DNA from: a virus
Length of the DNA stretch: 64,000 bases
IMG/VR virus record: IMGVR_UViG_3300045988_115355
Location: 21,895 to 85,894 of that record
Strand: one strand, 5' to 3'
Shown: in pieces, positions 31,661 to 40,996 of the stretch
Position numbering within the stretch: the stretch's first letter is position 1
Layout: every line of letters begins with the position of its first letter
Program-made: the position numbers and the translations under genes
The notes under the pieces: model-generated
What the model saw: the letters and a program-made list of their open reading frames with translations, nothing else
Databases searched by the model: none
Told to the model about the DNA's origin: nothing

Positions 31661-32389
31661 CTATCCTTCTATCTGCTGTTGTAAGCTGTTCTTCATATTC
31701 CTTCTAATGAAAGTCATCATATCTGACATATCATCTGAAGCATTATTCTCACTATCTTCAGGTTTATAAATAGCAGCAGTGAGTTCTCTTACCACTAACT
31801 GAATTAAGTTATTCACCTGATTATCTTCTAAGGGATATTCCCTCTCTAAGATATCACAGTCTTCTCCATTACATCTATTGGCTAAATCTGAAGCCTTATC
31901 AGCATCTTCAAATATAGCAGTAATGCTTGCACTCTCTAACATAGAGAATTGAGGATTTCCTGATGTAAAATACAAATGGCCATCAGGATGTAAACTGCAA
32001 TAAATGATATTCTTTAACCATTTATTATACCCTACATATTTCATTCTATTCCTACTGATATAAGCTATCCTATCATCATTGTAAAAGTCTATAGGATATA
32101 TCATAGGCTCTCCAAACCCTTTAATAATAGGAGGAATTTCCTCTTTACTTTTAAGGAGAGTTTTATCCTCACAAGGTACATTGTTATTCACGGGTTCTAA
32201 AGTGAGACAGATGGTCTGATAATTAGCTTCTGATATAGGTTTAGGAGCCTTTGTATCATATTCCATCTTTAATATCTTAGCCCTATATTTATTACATAGA
32301 AATCTGATGTGATCTAAAGTAAAATAAGCATCATCACTTATATTCTTTAGCTCATCATTAATCATGTATAATAATTCTTTGTATTTCAT
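31661..32389 (-). CDS. Structural-module protein (~243 aa from ATG at 32389; ORF track used TTG at 32419)
   Basis: ORF-track start codon is TTG; first in-frame ATG (MKYKELLYMIN...) at 32389 leaves a promoter-like gap upstream. Confidence 0.5.
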   Translation of the reverse strand: MKYKELLYMINDELKNISDDAYFTLDHIRFLCNKYRAKILKMEYDTKAPKPISEANYQTICLTLEPVNNNVPCEDKTLLKSKEEIPPIIKGFGEPMIYPIDFYNDDRIAYISRNRMKYVGYNKWLKNIIYCSLHPDGHLYFTSGNPQFSMLESASITAIFEDADKASDLANRCNGEDCDILEREYPLEDNQVNNLIQLVVRELTAAIYKPEDSENNASDDMSDMMTFIRRNMKNSLQQQIEG

Positions 32390-32408
32390 TACAGTAATAT
32401 TAATAAAT

Positions 32409-32451
32409 AACCTTTGCAAATATACTTAAAACAAATATATAAGCAAAGGTT
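32409..32451 (-). promoter_or_regulatory. Putative Bacteroides sigma-A-type promoter (-33 TTTG, 19-nt spacer, -7 TATATTTG; second TATATTTG copy) embedded in a 9-bp inverted repeat
   Basis: Plus CAAATATA at 32417-32424 and 32432-32439, CAAA at 32444-32447; inverted repeat AACCTTTGC...GCAAAGGTT spans the element. Confidence 0.45.
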
Positions 32452-32470
32452 ATGATAGATTTAATAGAAC

Positions 32471-32794
32471 TTATGTATGAAGATAACTCCTAAACTCTCT
32501 TTTATTCTCTCCTACAGGATATACATTATACTTATAAGTATAGGAAGGATTATGCTTTACAGGGTTATTTAACATACAATCCTGTGAAGTCATACAAGCA
32601 AATACTCTTCTAAAGGTACTTTCCTCTTCAGGAGAGAGAAAAGCCTCATAATCTTCATAAAACCTATAGGTAAGCAAAAGTCTAAGTAGGTTAATATAGC
32701 CTACTCTTCTCTTATATCCATAATACTTCAAGGTCTGGTAATAAGAAGACAGACCTTGTGTAATTAATAATTTAATATTATCCATGACAACCAC
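32471..32794 (-). CDS. Small structural-module protein, 107 aa
   Basis: ORF overlapping upstream gene by 17 nt. Confidence 0.45.
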   Translation of the reverse strand: MVVMDNIKLLITQGLSSYYQTLKYYGYKRRVGYINLLRLLLTYRFYEDYEAFLSPEEESTFRRVFACMTSQDCMLNNPVKHNPSYTYKYNVYPVGENKREFRSYLHT

Positions 32795-33341
32795 ATCCTT
32801 TAATCTTACTACTTTCAGGGGCTATACCTTTGAGTTTTTTCCATAGCTCTATAGCCAGCATATAGTTCCCTGTATCTAAAGCTAACTTAAAAGCATTATA
32901 TAGTAATAACCAATTCTCATAACCCATAGGTACTTCACAATCTAAAGATAAATCTTTGATATAACCCATACCTAACTTAAAAGGTATCTCTTCATCATAG
33001 AGTACACATAAGGCTGTCATCACATCTTCCCCACAAGGAGTATTAGGAGAAGGGGTTCCTTTGAGAGTTACCCATACAAAGAGTAAATCATCTTTATGTA
33101 ATTTTTCTTTATAGTCTTTCAGGCTAAAAGAGACACTTGCTACCTTTAAAGTAAAAGCATCAAAGTCTGCTACCTTGACAGCAGTAGACGATGGTCCAGC
33201 CTCTATAAAGGTATCTTGATTATCTATCTTAAAATCTTTAATAGTGATGTTTGAGAGGTAAGGCTTATTTTTGACTTTCACATCAATAATAGCTTTCTCA
33301 CCTCCCCAAGTCATCCTACATTCAAGGAAATCTACCATCAT
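32778..33341 (-). CDS. Structural-module protein, 187 aa
   Basis: ORF with ATG start immediately downstream of terminator hairpin. Confidence 0.5.
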   Translation of the reverse strand: MMVDFLECRMTWGGEKAIIDVKVKNKPYLSNITIKDFKIDNQDTFIEAGPSSTAVKVADFDAFTLKVASVSFSLKDYKEKLHKDDLLFVWVTLKGTPSPNTPCGEDVMTALCVLYDEEIPFKLGMGYIKDLSLDCEVPMGYENWLLLYNAFKLALDTGNYMLAIELWKKLKGIAPESSKIKGCGCHG

Positions 33342-33369
33342 AATAATAACAATTTAATGTTTAAACAAT

Positions 33370-33395
33370 AAAGGAGGGTCATGAAACCCTCCTTA
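33370..33395 (-). terminator. Intrinsic terminator downstream of 299-aa gene
   Basis: Perfect stem AAGGAGGGT/ACCCTCCTT with 6-nt loop, followed on minus RNA by AUUGUUUAAACAUUAAAUUGUUAUU. Confidence 0.55.
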
Positions 33396-33429
33396 TATGA
33401 AACTAAAACACAATACTTTTATACTAACA

Positions 33430-34329
33430 TTAATCCAAATGAGCAGGACTACCAGCAGCAGCACCTGTCATAGCATTAATACTCGCAATAAATGCAGTAG
33501 TCTTAGCAGTAGGAACAGCTATCTGAATATCCTTTTCAGACTTACCTGAATCCATGCACTCACCCTCATCAAAATAGTGAATGGTAACTACATCATAGGT
33601 AGCATTGAGGTCTGTCAAGTATTGAGTGTCAAAGTTATTAGGATAACCCATATCTCTATACTCATCACCTCTTGTACCCATGCAGAAATATTCAAGGTCT
33701 GCAATCTTCTTGGCAGCATCATTGGCAGCAGTTGAAGCCCCCTTAGTGATAGTTGCCCATGCGGTGGTCTCTACACCATTTGAAAGGATAGGTGCTACAC
33801 TAACCATAACAGGCATAACAGCTACAGGGAATTTACCTCTTTGCCAAGGTTGCTCAACCTCTGCAATATTAATAGTATCTGTAGTAACAGTTACCTTGAT
33901 AATGTTCTCTCTCTTGGTGTTAAGCTCTAAAGACTTACCTAACTTATCTGCAATGATAGCAGCAGTATCACCTGTAACAGCAGTATAAGCTCCTAATCTT
34001 ACAGCGGTATCACCTGCACCACCTCCAATATAGTTTTGAAGATGTACCTTGATAATATAAGTCTGACCAACAGCTACTGTGACAATCTTAGCATTAACAG
34101 AATTCAGTTTAGTATTAAGATTAGCAGCTACAGTCTTCTTAGCATAGAGGATATTAGCAGGATTAATCTTATCACTTGCTACTACACCACCATGCCCTTT
34201 CTGCTTAAAGTAGAGGGACTTGCCAGCAACACCACATACTGTAAGCTCTCCTAAAGTTGCAGGAGCGGCATTATCTGCACCCACAGCATTAGCTACATAA
34301 AAGTTTCTAACTTGATGAATTGAAAACAT
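33430..34329 (-). CDS. Ala/Gly/Thr-rich beta-type structural protein (299 aa), probably abundant virion component
   Basis: Composition typical of Ig-like/decoration or tube proteins; followed by a strong terminator hairpin. Confidence 0.5.
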   Translation of the reverse strand: MFSIHQVRNFYVANAVGADNAAPATLGELTVCGVAGKSLYFKQKGHGGVVASDKINPANILYAKKTVAANLNTKLNSVNAKIVTVAVGQTYIIKVHLQNYIGGGAGDTAVRLGAYTAVTGDTAAIIADKLGKSLELNTKRENIIKVTVTTDTINIAEVEQPWQRGKFPVAVMPVMVSVAPILSNGVETTAWATITKGASTAANDAAKKIADLEYFCMGTRGDEYRDMGYPNNFDTQYLTDLNATYDVVTIHYFDEGECMDSGKSEKDIQIAVPTAKTTAFIASINAMTGAAAGSPAHLD

Positions 34330-34354
34330 ACTTGTATAATTTATAAATTAAACA

Positions 34355-35065
34355 TTAGGAAGCATTTGCAACTACTCCTATCATTCTACTCTTAATAGCT
34401 GCACTGACAGCCATCTTTAAGATAGTATCATGGACGGAAGTATGCAGTTTGCAGTCCATTATATTAGAGTAGCCTTCAATAGTCAAATCTTCTAAAGGAG
34501 TTAATATGATAGGTGTAGGTTTCATTATATATCTAATGATATACTCTGAAATTGGGTAGGTAGAAATTAACTCTGAAAAAGATTCTCCTAAATCAAGCCT
34601 TAATACTCTCGTTTTACTTGCACCCTTGAAAGGGTTCTTAATCACTATATTGATATCATCATGTCTTACAGGTGTGACATCCATTACTTTCCCACTAAGA
34701 CATTTATCTTCCATATCTCCTAATACAGCTTGTTCAGCTATAATATACCAACAGTCATCAGGTCTCTTGAAGACAGTGCTCTTCTTAAAAGCATTAGCCT
34801 GTATAGCAGGCTCTGCCTTTACACCATTCCCTTGTTTAATTAAGGTAATCAAAGATTCCCTTAAGTACTCATTACCTTCAAAAGGCTCTCGGTGAATACT
34901 TTCACCACTATAATAATCCCTTACTAAGTCATTTTGAGCTTCTGTAAGGAACACAGATTTCTCATATTCAGAGAACTTTAAATCCTGAATAGAAGAGGAT
35001 AAAGCAGTCTTATCATAACTGTTTACTAAAGTATCAAAAGCTGTGCTAAACTCTAAGTAATTCAT
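34355..35065 (-). CDS. Structural-module protein, 236 aa
   Basis: ORF with ATG start, 1-nt overlap with upstream gene. Confidence 0.5.
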   Translation of the reverse strand: MNYLEFSTAFDTLVNSYDKTALSSSIQDLKFSEYEKSVFLTEAQNDLVRDYYSGESIHREPFEGNEYLRESLITLIKQGNGVKAEPAIQANAFKKSTVFKRPDDCWYIIAEQAVLGDMEDKCLSGKVMDVTPVRHDDINIVIKNPFKGASKTRVLRLDLGESFSELISTYPISEYIIRYIMKPTPIILTPLEDLTIEGYSNIMDCKLHTSVHDTILKMAVSAAIKSRMIGVVANAS

Positions 35066-35904
35066 TATTCACTCCTTTCTCCTAACTGTGTTATAATCTG
35101 TGTATTATCAGCAGGGTAAGAACCCTTTGCTATTTCCACAGCTCTTTGTACTATCTCTCTATGTATTTCTTCATTTAACTCACAAGGAGAAGTACCATTG
35201 TAAATAGGCTCATTGCCTACCTTACCATCAATAGTCAAACCTTGATATTCTCCTACTAAAGGCTCTACAATAATAGGTCTCGGTTTTCTGATATATTTTA
35301 ACTTGTAAGTGTAAACAGGTCCTGTTAAATAGGAGATGTTAGATTTAAGAACCACCCCATAAGTAGTGTTGAAAGAAGCATCTTTCAACCTGTAAAAGAT
35401 ATTGGGAATAACATAAGCAGCATTTCTTTGGTTATTCTGTAACAGTCTCCACGCCTGCTTTCTTAAGGGCTCTCCAAAAGGTTTAGACATCAATCTGTTA
35501 TAGTCACTATTGGTAATAGGTAAAATAACAGCTTCTTTTGTGAGTGTCTTATTGGTATTACCTTCCTTATAGGTATATACTATCTTTAACTTCTCATTAA
35601 TAATGAAAAGTAAGTCTTGTGGTAATACAAAAGCAATAGCTCTACTGTCTATAGTTTGAGGAAAAGCTGATGCAGGTGCTTCTATATAGGAAGTAAGATT
35701 AACAAAATCTATCTGTCTCTTAGCACTGTCATCATAACCTTGTTTATACTTATTCCCAAGAGGATTGAAGTACTCCTTAACTAATTGCTCTTGGCCTTTA
35801 GTAAGGAATACTGATATTTCATAAGAAGACAGCCCTGTAACAACATTACTATTGATGTTGTTATATAGAACATTAAACTCCTGATAAAATTCCTCTTTGG
35901 TCAT
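35065..35904 (-). CDS. Structural-module protein, 279 aa
   Basis: ORF, ATG start, tight spacing. Confidence 0.5.
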   Translation of the reverse strand: MTKEEFYQEFNVLYNNINSNVVTGLSSYEISVFLTKGQEQLVKEYFNPLGNKYKQGYDDSAKRQIDFVNLTSYIEAPASAFPQTIDSRAIAFVLPQDLLFIINEKLKIVYTYKEGNTNKTLTKEAVILPITNSDYNRLMSKPFGEPLRKQAWRLLQNNQRNAAYVIPNIFYRLKDASFNTTYGVVLKSNISYLTGPVYTYKLKYIRKPRPIIVEPLVGEYQGLTIDGKVGNEPIYNGTSPCELNEEIHREIVQRAVEIAKGSYPADNTQIITQLGERSE

Positions 35905-35913
35905 AATATATTA

Positions 35914-36864
35914 TTATTTATCAAACTCATTAATCTTAGCCTCAATAAACATCTTCAATGTTTGATTGACAGGCTTATTGATATAAGCAGCAGCTACTGA
36001 GAGAATAGCATCACCCTTATCACATAAAGGTTTACCATCAACAGTAAAGAAAAAACCATTTCTTACAATGATAGCTCCTACTTCTGCGCCTCTCTTAATA
36101 AGCAGTTTAGAGTAGAACATGGGGTCTTCTACAATCCTTAAGAAGAGCTTAGCATCTGCCTTGATAAGTTTATCAATCTTATCAGATAAGACGTCTGAAG
36201 AGGTATTTACAGCATAGGGTTTTCCTTCTGCCATTTCTAAGATAAATCTCATCTTATGTTTATCATCTTCAATCTTACCAAACTCCTTATAAGCAGCAAC
36301 AGTGGCATTCACTCTCTTCTTATTGGCTTTTGCTTCTTCTGTCTCATGTAAGATAACAAACTCATAAGTAGCTTTAGGTCTATTCTGAAGCATATCTAAA
36401 GAAGGAGCAATAAAGTCCTTGTTAGCCAACAGTACCTTATATTTGATATAATCTTCAGGAACACTTAAATCTAAGTAGTTATCCTGCTTCTGTAGTCTTA
36501 CAAAGAAATTCTTCCAAAAGTTATCCTTCTTTCTATATACAGAGAGAGCGTTATCTTCAAGCCCCATAGCCTTCTCTAAGAATGATTTTTCAGTCTTAGT
36601 AAGCACATCTACTAATTGCCCTGACCTAAGCATAGGAACAGTAAACCATCGTGAAGCCTCTTCAGACATACCACCATAGTTAATATGCTTGGGGTTATGA
36701 ATTAAGGCAGATTCTTTAGGAACGTGCTTTACAATAACTCTTTCATTTCTCAAAGGGTTTTCCTTTACTTCCTCTTGCTCTGTATATACTTCTGCCATAT
36801 CTTCTTGTACTACAGTTTCTTCAATTTCTTTAGGCTTTTTGCCTTTCTTCTTAGTCTCTTCCAT
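35914..36864 (-). CDS. Structural-module protein, 316 aa with Lys/Glu-rich N-terminus
   Basis: ORF with ATG start downstream of the MCP terminator. Confidence 0.5.
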   Translation of the reverse strand: MEETKKKGKKPKEIEETVVQEDMAEVYTEQEEVKENPLRNERVIVKHVPKESALIHNPKHINYGGMSEEASRWFTVPMLRSGQLVDVLTKTEKSFLEKAMGLEDNALSVYRKKDNFWKNFFVRLQKQDNYLDLSVPEDYIKYKVLLANKDFIAPSLDMLQNRPKATYEFVILHETEEAKANKKRVNATVAAYKEFGKIEDDKHKMRFILEMAEGKPYAVNTSSDVLSDKIDKLIKADAKLFLRIVEDPMFYSKLLIKRGAEVGAIIVRNGFFFTVDGKPLCDKGDAILSVAAAYINKPVNQTLKMFIEAKINEFDK

Positions 36865-36905
36865 TTATTATTCTCCCTATAATATTATTATTTAAATTAA
36901 AAGTA

Positions 36906-36935
36906 CCTCGAGGGTATAATTAAATACCCTCAAGG
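36906..36935 (-). terminator. Intrinsic terminator immediately downstream of putative major capsid gene
   Basis: Stem CCTCGAGGGTAT / ATACCCTCAAGG (9 perfect bp GAGGGTAT/ATACCCTC) with 6-nt loop, U-rich after on minus RNA. Confidence 0.5.
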
Positions 36936-36950
36936 TTGATAGTTGATATA

Positions 36951-38486
36951 TTAAGAAGCTAAAATACTAGGTATAATAGCCATGGTCTTCGTGGGGTCAT
37001 AAACAATAGTACCGAAAGTAGCCATCTTATGAACAGTTGCAGAATCTTCTGAATAGCTCATGTTGTTGATGTTTCTTTCACCTGTGAAAGGATTTCTAAA
37101 TCCTGATTCATAACCTCTTACCTCATAGTCACCCTTAATAGCTGTCTTTTGGATATTAGGAGTTTCCTCGTCTGCACCAATATACCAAATATCAAATCTA
37201 TAACTAAAGGCAACACCACCTTCAGGATGTAAGATTTTATTTCTTACCTTATCATCATAGAAGGGGTCTACATTAAGTTTTACATAAACACCATTAGGAG
37301 CCTGCCATTCAGTAACCTGATAGTCAGTAATTCTAACAGCATTCGTAGGAGCAAACTTTGAAGCTACCTTAGAAACAGCAGCAGGATTACCATCACTATG
37401 AGTGAAGATAGGCATCCATCCTGAAGTCTCCTTCTTAGCCTCTCTATTAAAGATAAGAGCACCTCTCTCACCTGTATTAATGACAAACTTTCTATTAGCA
37501 AAGTTTAGCTTACCTTCAGAGAGTTCTGACAAAGCATTGATAATCAACTTCATAACAGTAGTAGTGTCATTGTAATACATAGCATTAGCTACCTCTGATT
37601 GCTCAAAGATACCAGCACCCATTCTAATCACATTACCTGACTTACCAAAGTTAAGATACTCACCATTGGCATTTCTGTTACATCTACCAAAGGCCATAGC
37701 AGTGTTCTTTTGGTCTTGGAACTCTGTTTCAAACTGCCAATCCACATAGTGCATCCACATGTTTGAATTATCCTTAACCTGATTACCACTTGCATCCTGC
37801 TTAACCATAGGAATACCAAAGGCAAGTTTTCTATTCATCTTATTACCTGCTACCTTATGAGAAAGTCTGATAGTCGTCCAACCATTTCTCATAGCTACAG
37901 GAGTAGTAAAATGAATATCACCAACCTTTCTTGAAAGCTCTGCCTCTACAGGAGTATATTCAATAGAGAATCTCTCACCAGCAAGCAGTCTTTCAGCAGG
38001 AATACCTTCTGTAATACCACCCATCAACTCACAGCAATAGACAGCATTAGTACCTTCAAATCTTGCACTACCCTTCACTCTAATAGGATAAGCCTCATTA
38101 AGATTACCACCAATCACTGTACCATCAGGGAACCAATCTTCAGGAAATACCAAGTAGAAGTCAGAACCACCAACACCTACATTGTTACCACCTGCTACTA
38201 CAACAGTAGTACCATCCTGCTCTCTTGCTTCAATCAGAGGTACATTCTTCTTAGAAGAGCCTAAGACATTCCAAAAATACTCTGTATCATCATCAAACTC
38301 CTTAGTAGGGAATTGATTCAGGAAAGTCTCCAAGGTGTTACCTCTATTTGCTGCAAGCAATCTAATCATAATGTCAGAAGCTCTTTGAGGTTGTTTTTGG
38401 AACATAGCTCCTAAGTGATTATCAGAGGTTAAACCTGTCCAACCTGTAAATCCGAGTGTCTGAAATTTACCTAATTTACCAGCCAT
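36951..38486 (-). CDS. Putative major capsid protein (511 aa)
   Basis: Size and position (after acidic scaffold-like gene, followed by terminator, own upstream promoter) fit an HK97-fold MCP; no direct motif evidence. Confidence 0.45.
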   Translation of the reverse strand: MAGKLGKFQTLGFTGWTGLTSDNHLGAMFQKQPQRASDIMIRLLAANRGNTLETFLNQFPTKEFDDDTEYFWNVLGSSKKNVPLIEAREQDGTTVVVAGGNNVGVGGSDFYLVFPEDWFPDGTVIGGNLNEAYPIRVKGSARFEGTNAVYCCELMGGITEGIPAERLLAGERFSIEYTPVEAELSRKVGDIHFTTPVAMRNGWTTIRLSHKVAGNKMNRKLAFGIPMVKQDASGNQVKDNSNMWMHYVDWQFETEFQDQKNTAMAFGRCNRNANGEYLNFGKSGNVIRMGAGIFEQSEVANAMYYNDTTTVMKLIINALSELSEGKLNFANRKFVINTGERGALIFNREAKKETSGWMPIFTHSDGNPAAVSKVASKFAPTNAVRITDYQVTEWQAPNGVYVKLNVDPFYDDKVRNKILHPEGGVAFSYRFDIWYIGADEETPNIQKTAIKGDYEVRGYESGFRNPFTGERNINNMSYSEDSATVHKMATFGTIVYDPTKTMAIIPSILAS

Positions 38487-38505
38487 AATTCAATTTAAAA
38501 TTTAA

Positions 38506-39684
38506 TTAATACTTACTATTATCAAGTAACCATCCATCGTTTTTCATCACATCATTAAGGCCATTACCTCTATCACCTTCAGCATAAGCCAAACTACCAC
38601 CCATGGGCGATGTACTTAACTTTGTTTCAAAATCACTAAGACGAGATTTCACTTGCTTTTTAACTTGTTTGTTTATAATTCCATCTAAGCTCTCAAAGCC
38701 ATTGGTTAAAGTAAAGAGAACACCTAAAGCTTTTCTAAACTCTACAGGGTGTTCATCAGCATATTGCTGTACCTTAGTAACAGGGTTTCCTTCAGTATCT
38801 TTCCCTACAATCTTAGTCATCACTTCATAGGCTTTCTGCCTTGTAGGAGCATCTAACTGAATACCATTAAATACTTCTTTACTTTCTAAAAGAGATTTCT
38901 TAAACTCTTCAGCCTCTTTCTTTACTTTTGCTTGAGCTTCTTTCTCTTTTTCCTTAGCTTCATTAACAGTACTATCATACTTATTCTGATAGAACTGTTT
39001 AACACTTTCAAGAGCATCCTTAGCATCCTCTTTGTCAGTACCTGCATCAATACTTCTTTTAGTTAAAGTCTTTGCTTTTTCTTCAGAAATACCTTTGTTA
39101 ATAAAGTCCTGATAGATGAGGTTAGCTCTAATATTCTGCCCTTCATCTGTTTCAGCATTTATTCTATCTTCATCAATACTATTTAAGTTATTAATGATGT
39201 TAGTATAATTCTGAATAGATTCCTGTGGAATACCATAATCAAGAGCTTCTTTGATTCTCTTCTGCTCTTCAGTAAGTCTTGCAGTTACTTCTTTCTCAAT
39301 AGCTTCTGCCATACTTTGAGCATCTTTGATACCATTTAAAGTCTCTTCATCTAAGTTTTGAAGATAGCCGTCTTCCCTCATAGCCTTGGCAAAGGAAGAG
39401 ACAAAATTGTTATTGGGAGAAACATCCTCTTTTTGAGAAGACGGCTCTTCAATATCTTTTTTATTCTCTTCACCACCTACGCTCTTTGGTTTACTATCCT
39501 CGCCAAACAAATTTTCAGCAGTCTCTATAACCTCGGTAGTGTTTTTTACTTCATCATTAGACTTCTCTTCCTCCACTTGCTTACCACTGTTATCAGTAGT
39601 ATCATCAACTTTCTCTTCCGTATTATTGCCAAATAATACAGAAGCATCTGTAAAAGCTGAATCATTTAAAACAAATTCTCCCAT
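38506..39684 (-). CDS. Acidic Lys/Glu-rich coiled-coil protein (392 aa), putative scaffolding or head-fibre protein
   Basis: High E/K content and predicted coiled coils (EKEKEAQAKVKKEAEEFKK), located immediately upstream of the putative MCP. Confidence 0.4.
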   Translation of the reverse strand: MGEFVLNDSAFTDASVLFGNNTEEKVDDTTDNSGKQVEEEKSNDEVKNTTEVIETAENLFGEDSKPKSVGGEENKKDIEEPSSQKEDVSPNNNFVSSFAKAMREDGYLQNLDEETLNGIKDAQSMAEAIEKEVTARLTEEQKRIKEALDYGIPQESIQNYTNIINNLNSIDEDRINAETDEGQNIRANLIYQDFINKGISEEKAKTLTKRSIDAGTDKEDAKDALESVKQFYQNKYDSTVNEAKEKEKEAQAKVKKEAEEFKKSLLESKEVFNGIQLDAPTRQKAYEVMTKIVGKDTEGNPVTKVQQYADEHPVEFRKALGVLFTLTNGFESLDGIINKQVKKQVKSRLSDFETKLSTSPMGGSLAYAEGDRGNGLNDVMKNDGWLLDNSKY

Positions 39685-39702
39685 AGTCTTTTAAATTTAT
39701 TA

Positions 39703-39710
39703 CAAAATTA
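39703..39710 (-). promoter_or_regulatory. Putative -7 box (TAATTTTG on minus) upstream of scaffold-like/MCP genes
   Basis: Plus CAAAATTA 19 nt upstream of ATG at 39684 in an 88-nt AT-rich gap. Confidence 0.4.
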
Positions 39711-39772
39711 AATGTTATTTTATTGTTAAAATTTATGTCACATATTATCACTAATAGATGCTTATGATAAAA

Positions 39773-40195
39773 CTAATAGCTTACAGTCAGATATACCTTA
39801 TCAGCACTTTTGATTCTCTCTAAAAGCCTATTATAAGTATCTTTACTATTAAGTACTTTTCCTTTAGCTTTATTCTCTCCTACTAAGATACAACCATCTG
39901 TATCTTCTGAAGTATTACCTGCATGGATTCTAATCCCTGCAAAGCCTTTCACATTCATCACTAAAGGCATGATTCTTTTAAACCTATTACTGTAATTTAA
40001 AATAACAGTATAAGTCCCTGTAGGAATAGCAGTGATATGAGGCTTCTTTAAGAACATTATCTTCTCTATAGGCATGTTCTCTTCAAGACCCCTATCCTTA
40101 TCTTCTAAAGTATCACAGAAATAAGCACCGTCAATATAAAGTTTACCTATTGTATAGGTATCCTTTAAAGCAATTCTTTTTACTTCAATATTCAT
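39773..40195 (-). CDS. L,D-transpeptidase (YkuD)-fold-like protein, 140 aa; candidate cell-wall peptidase/endolysin
   Basis: Motif IRIHAGNTSEDTDGCILVG resembles the catalytic H...(S/T)xGC(I/V) region of YkuD-type L,D-transpeptidases. Confidence 0.4.
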   Translation of the reverse strand: MNIEVKRIALKDTYTIGKLYIDGAYFCDTLEDKDRGLEENMPIEKIMFLKKPHITAIPTGTYTVILNYSNRFKRIMPLVMNVKGFAGIRIHAGNTSEDTDGCILVGENKAKGKVLNSKDTYNRLLERIKSADKVYLTVSY

Positions 40196-40995
40196 TATTT
40201 ATAAATTTTATTGTATGCGTAAATATATAAGTAGGGCTTAGCTTCAACAGCCCACTCTTTTAATATTTTGTAAATAGTAATACTGTCAGGTCTGTACTTT
40301 AAATTATTCTCTTTCCAAGCTACAGAGATAATAGATAAAGGAAGGTTATCTTCATGTACAAAATACATAGCTTTATATCCTACTTCTGCCTCCCTCATCC
40401 TTAAAGAATAGTCTTCATCTATCTTGTATAAATCTTTAGCACTACCTGCCCAAAAATTATCTTTGTTTTCTCTTAGGTATCTATAAATACCTAAATCTCT
40501 TGTAGGAATATCTACATATCTCTTTGAAGGGTCTCTGTAATATCCTGTAATCTTACTGATATTTCTTTTCTTTGATACCTTCTCATAGCCTTCATCCATA
40601 TACTTAAAGTCTATATTTCCTGAAGTATATTTACCATTGTGAAATAAAGAGATAAGGCATCTGTCAGCATCTAAAGCCTTTAGGATATTGTAAGATATAT
40701 CATTTAGATTATCCTCAATCTCATCACTTAAGATGGCTTCTTTCATCTTATTCCTTACTCTTACAGAATCTACATCTTCAGCAGCATCTACTACTGCTTC
40801 CTTAGTAATATTCTTAATCACAGGGGTATAGTTCTTTAAGCTAATATCTCTATTAAAGATTGAGAATAAAGTATAAATTCCTAAGATAATTACAATGTAC
40901 AAAACTACCTTAAAGAAATTCTTAAGAGAAATACCTACAAGGAATTTATAGACTTTTCTTGCACTATTTATGATTACTTCTATTGTCTTATCCAT
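40195..40995 (-). CDS. Membrane-anchored protein (266 aa, one N-terminal TM helix)
   Basis: Hydrophobic segment VVLYIVIILGIYTLFSIF near N-terminus; start overlaps the downstream peptidase gene. Confidence 0.45.
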   Translation of the reverse strand: MDKTIEVIINSARKVYKFLVGISLKNFFKVVLYIVIILGIYTLFSIFNRDISLKNYTPVIKNITKEAVVDAAEDVDSVRVRNKMKEAILSDEIEDNLNDISYNILKALDADRCLISLFHNGKYTSGNIDFKYMDEGYEKVSKKRNISKITGYYRDPSKRYVDIPTRDLGIYRYLRENKDNFWAGSAKDLYKIDEDYSLRMREAEVGYKAMYFVHEDNLPLSIISVAWKENNLKYRPDSITIYKILKEWAVEAKPYLYIYAYNKIYK

Positions 40996-40996
40996 A

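Noticed and set aside
37628-37825. 65-aa minus-strand ORF inside the putative MCP gene in another frame.
   Set aside because: Fully nested in the 511-aa gene on the same strand and no independent signals. Likely non-coding.
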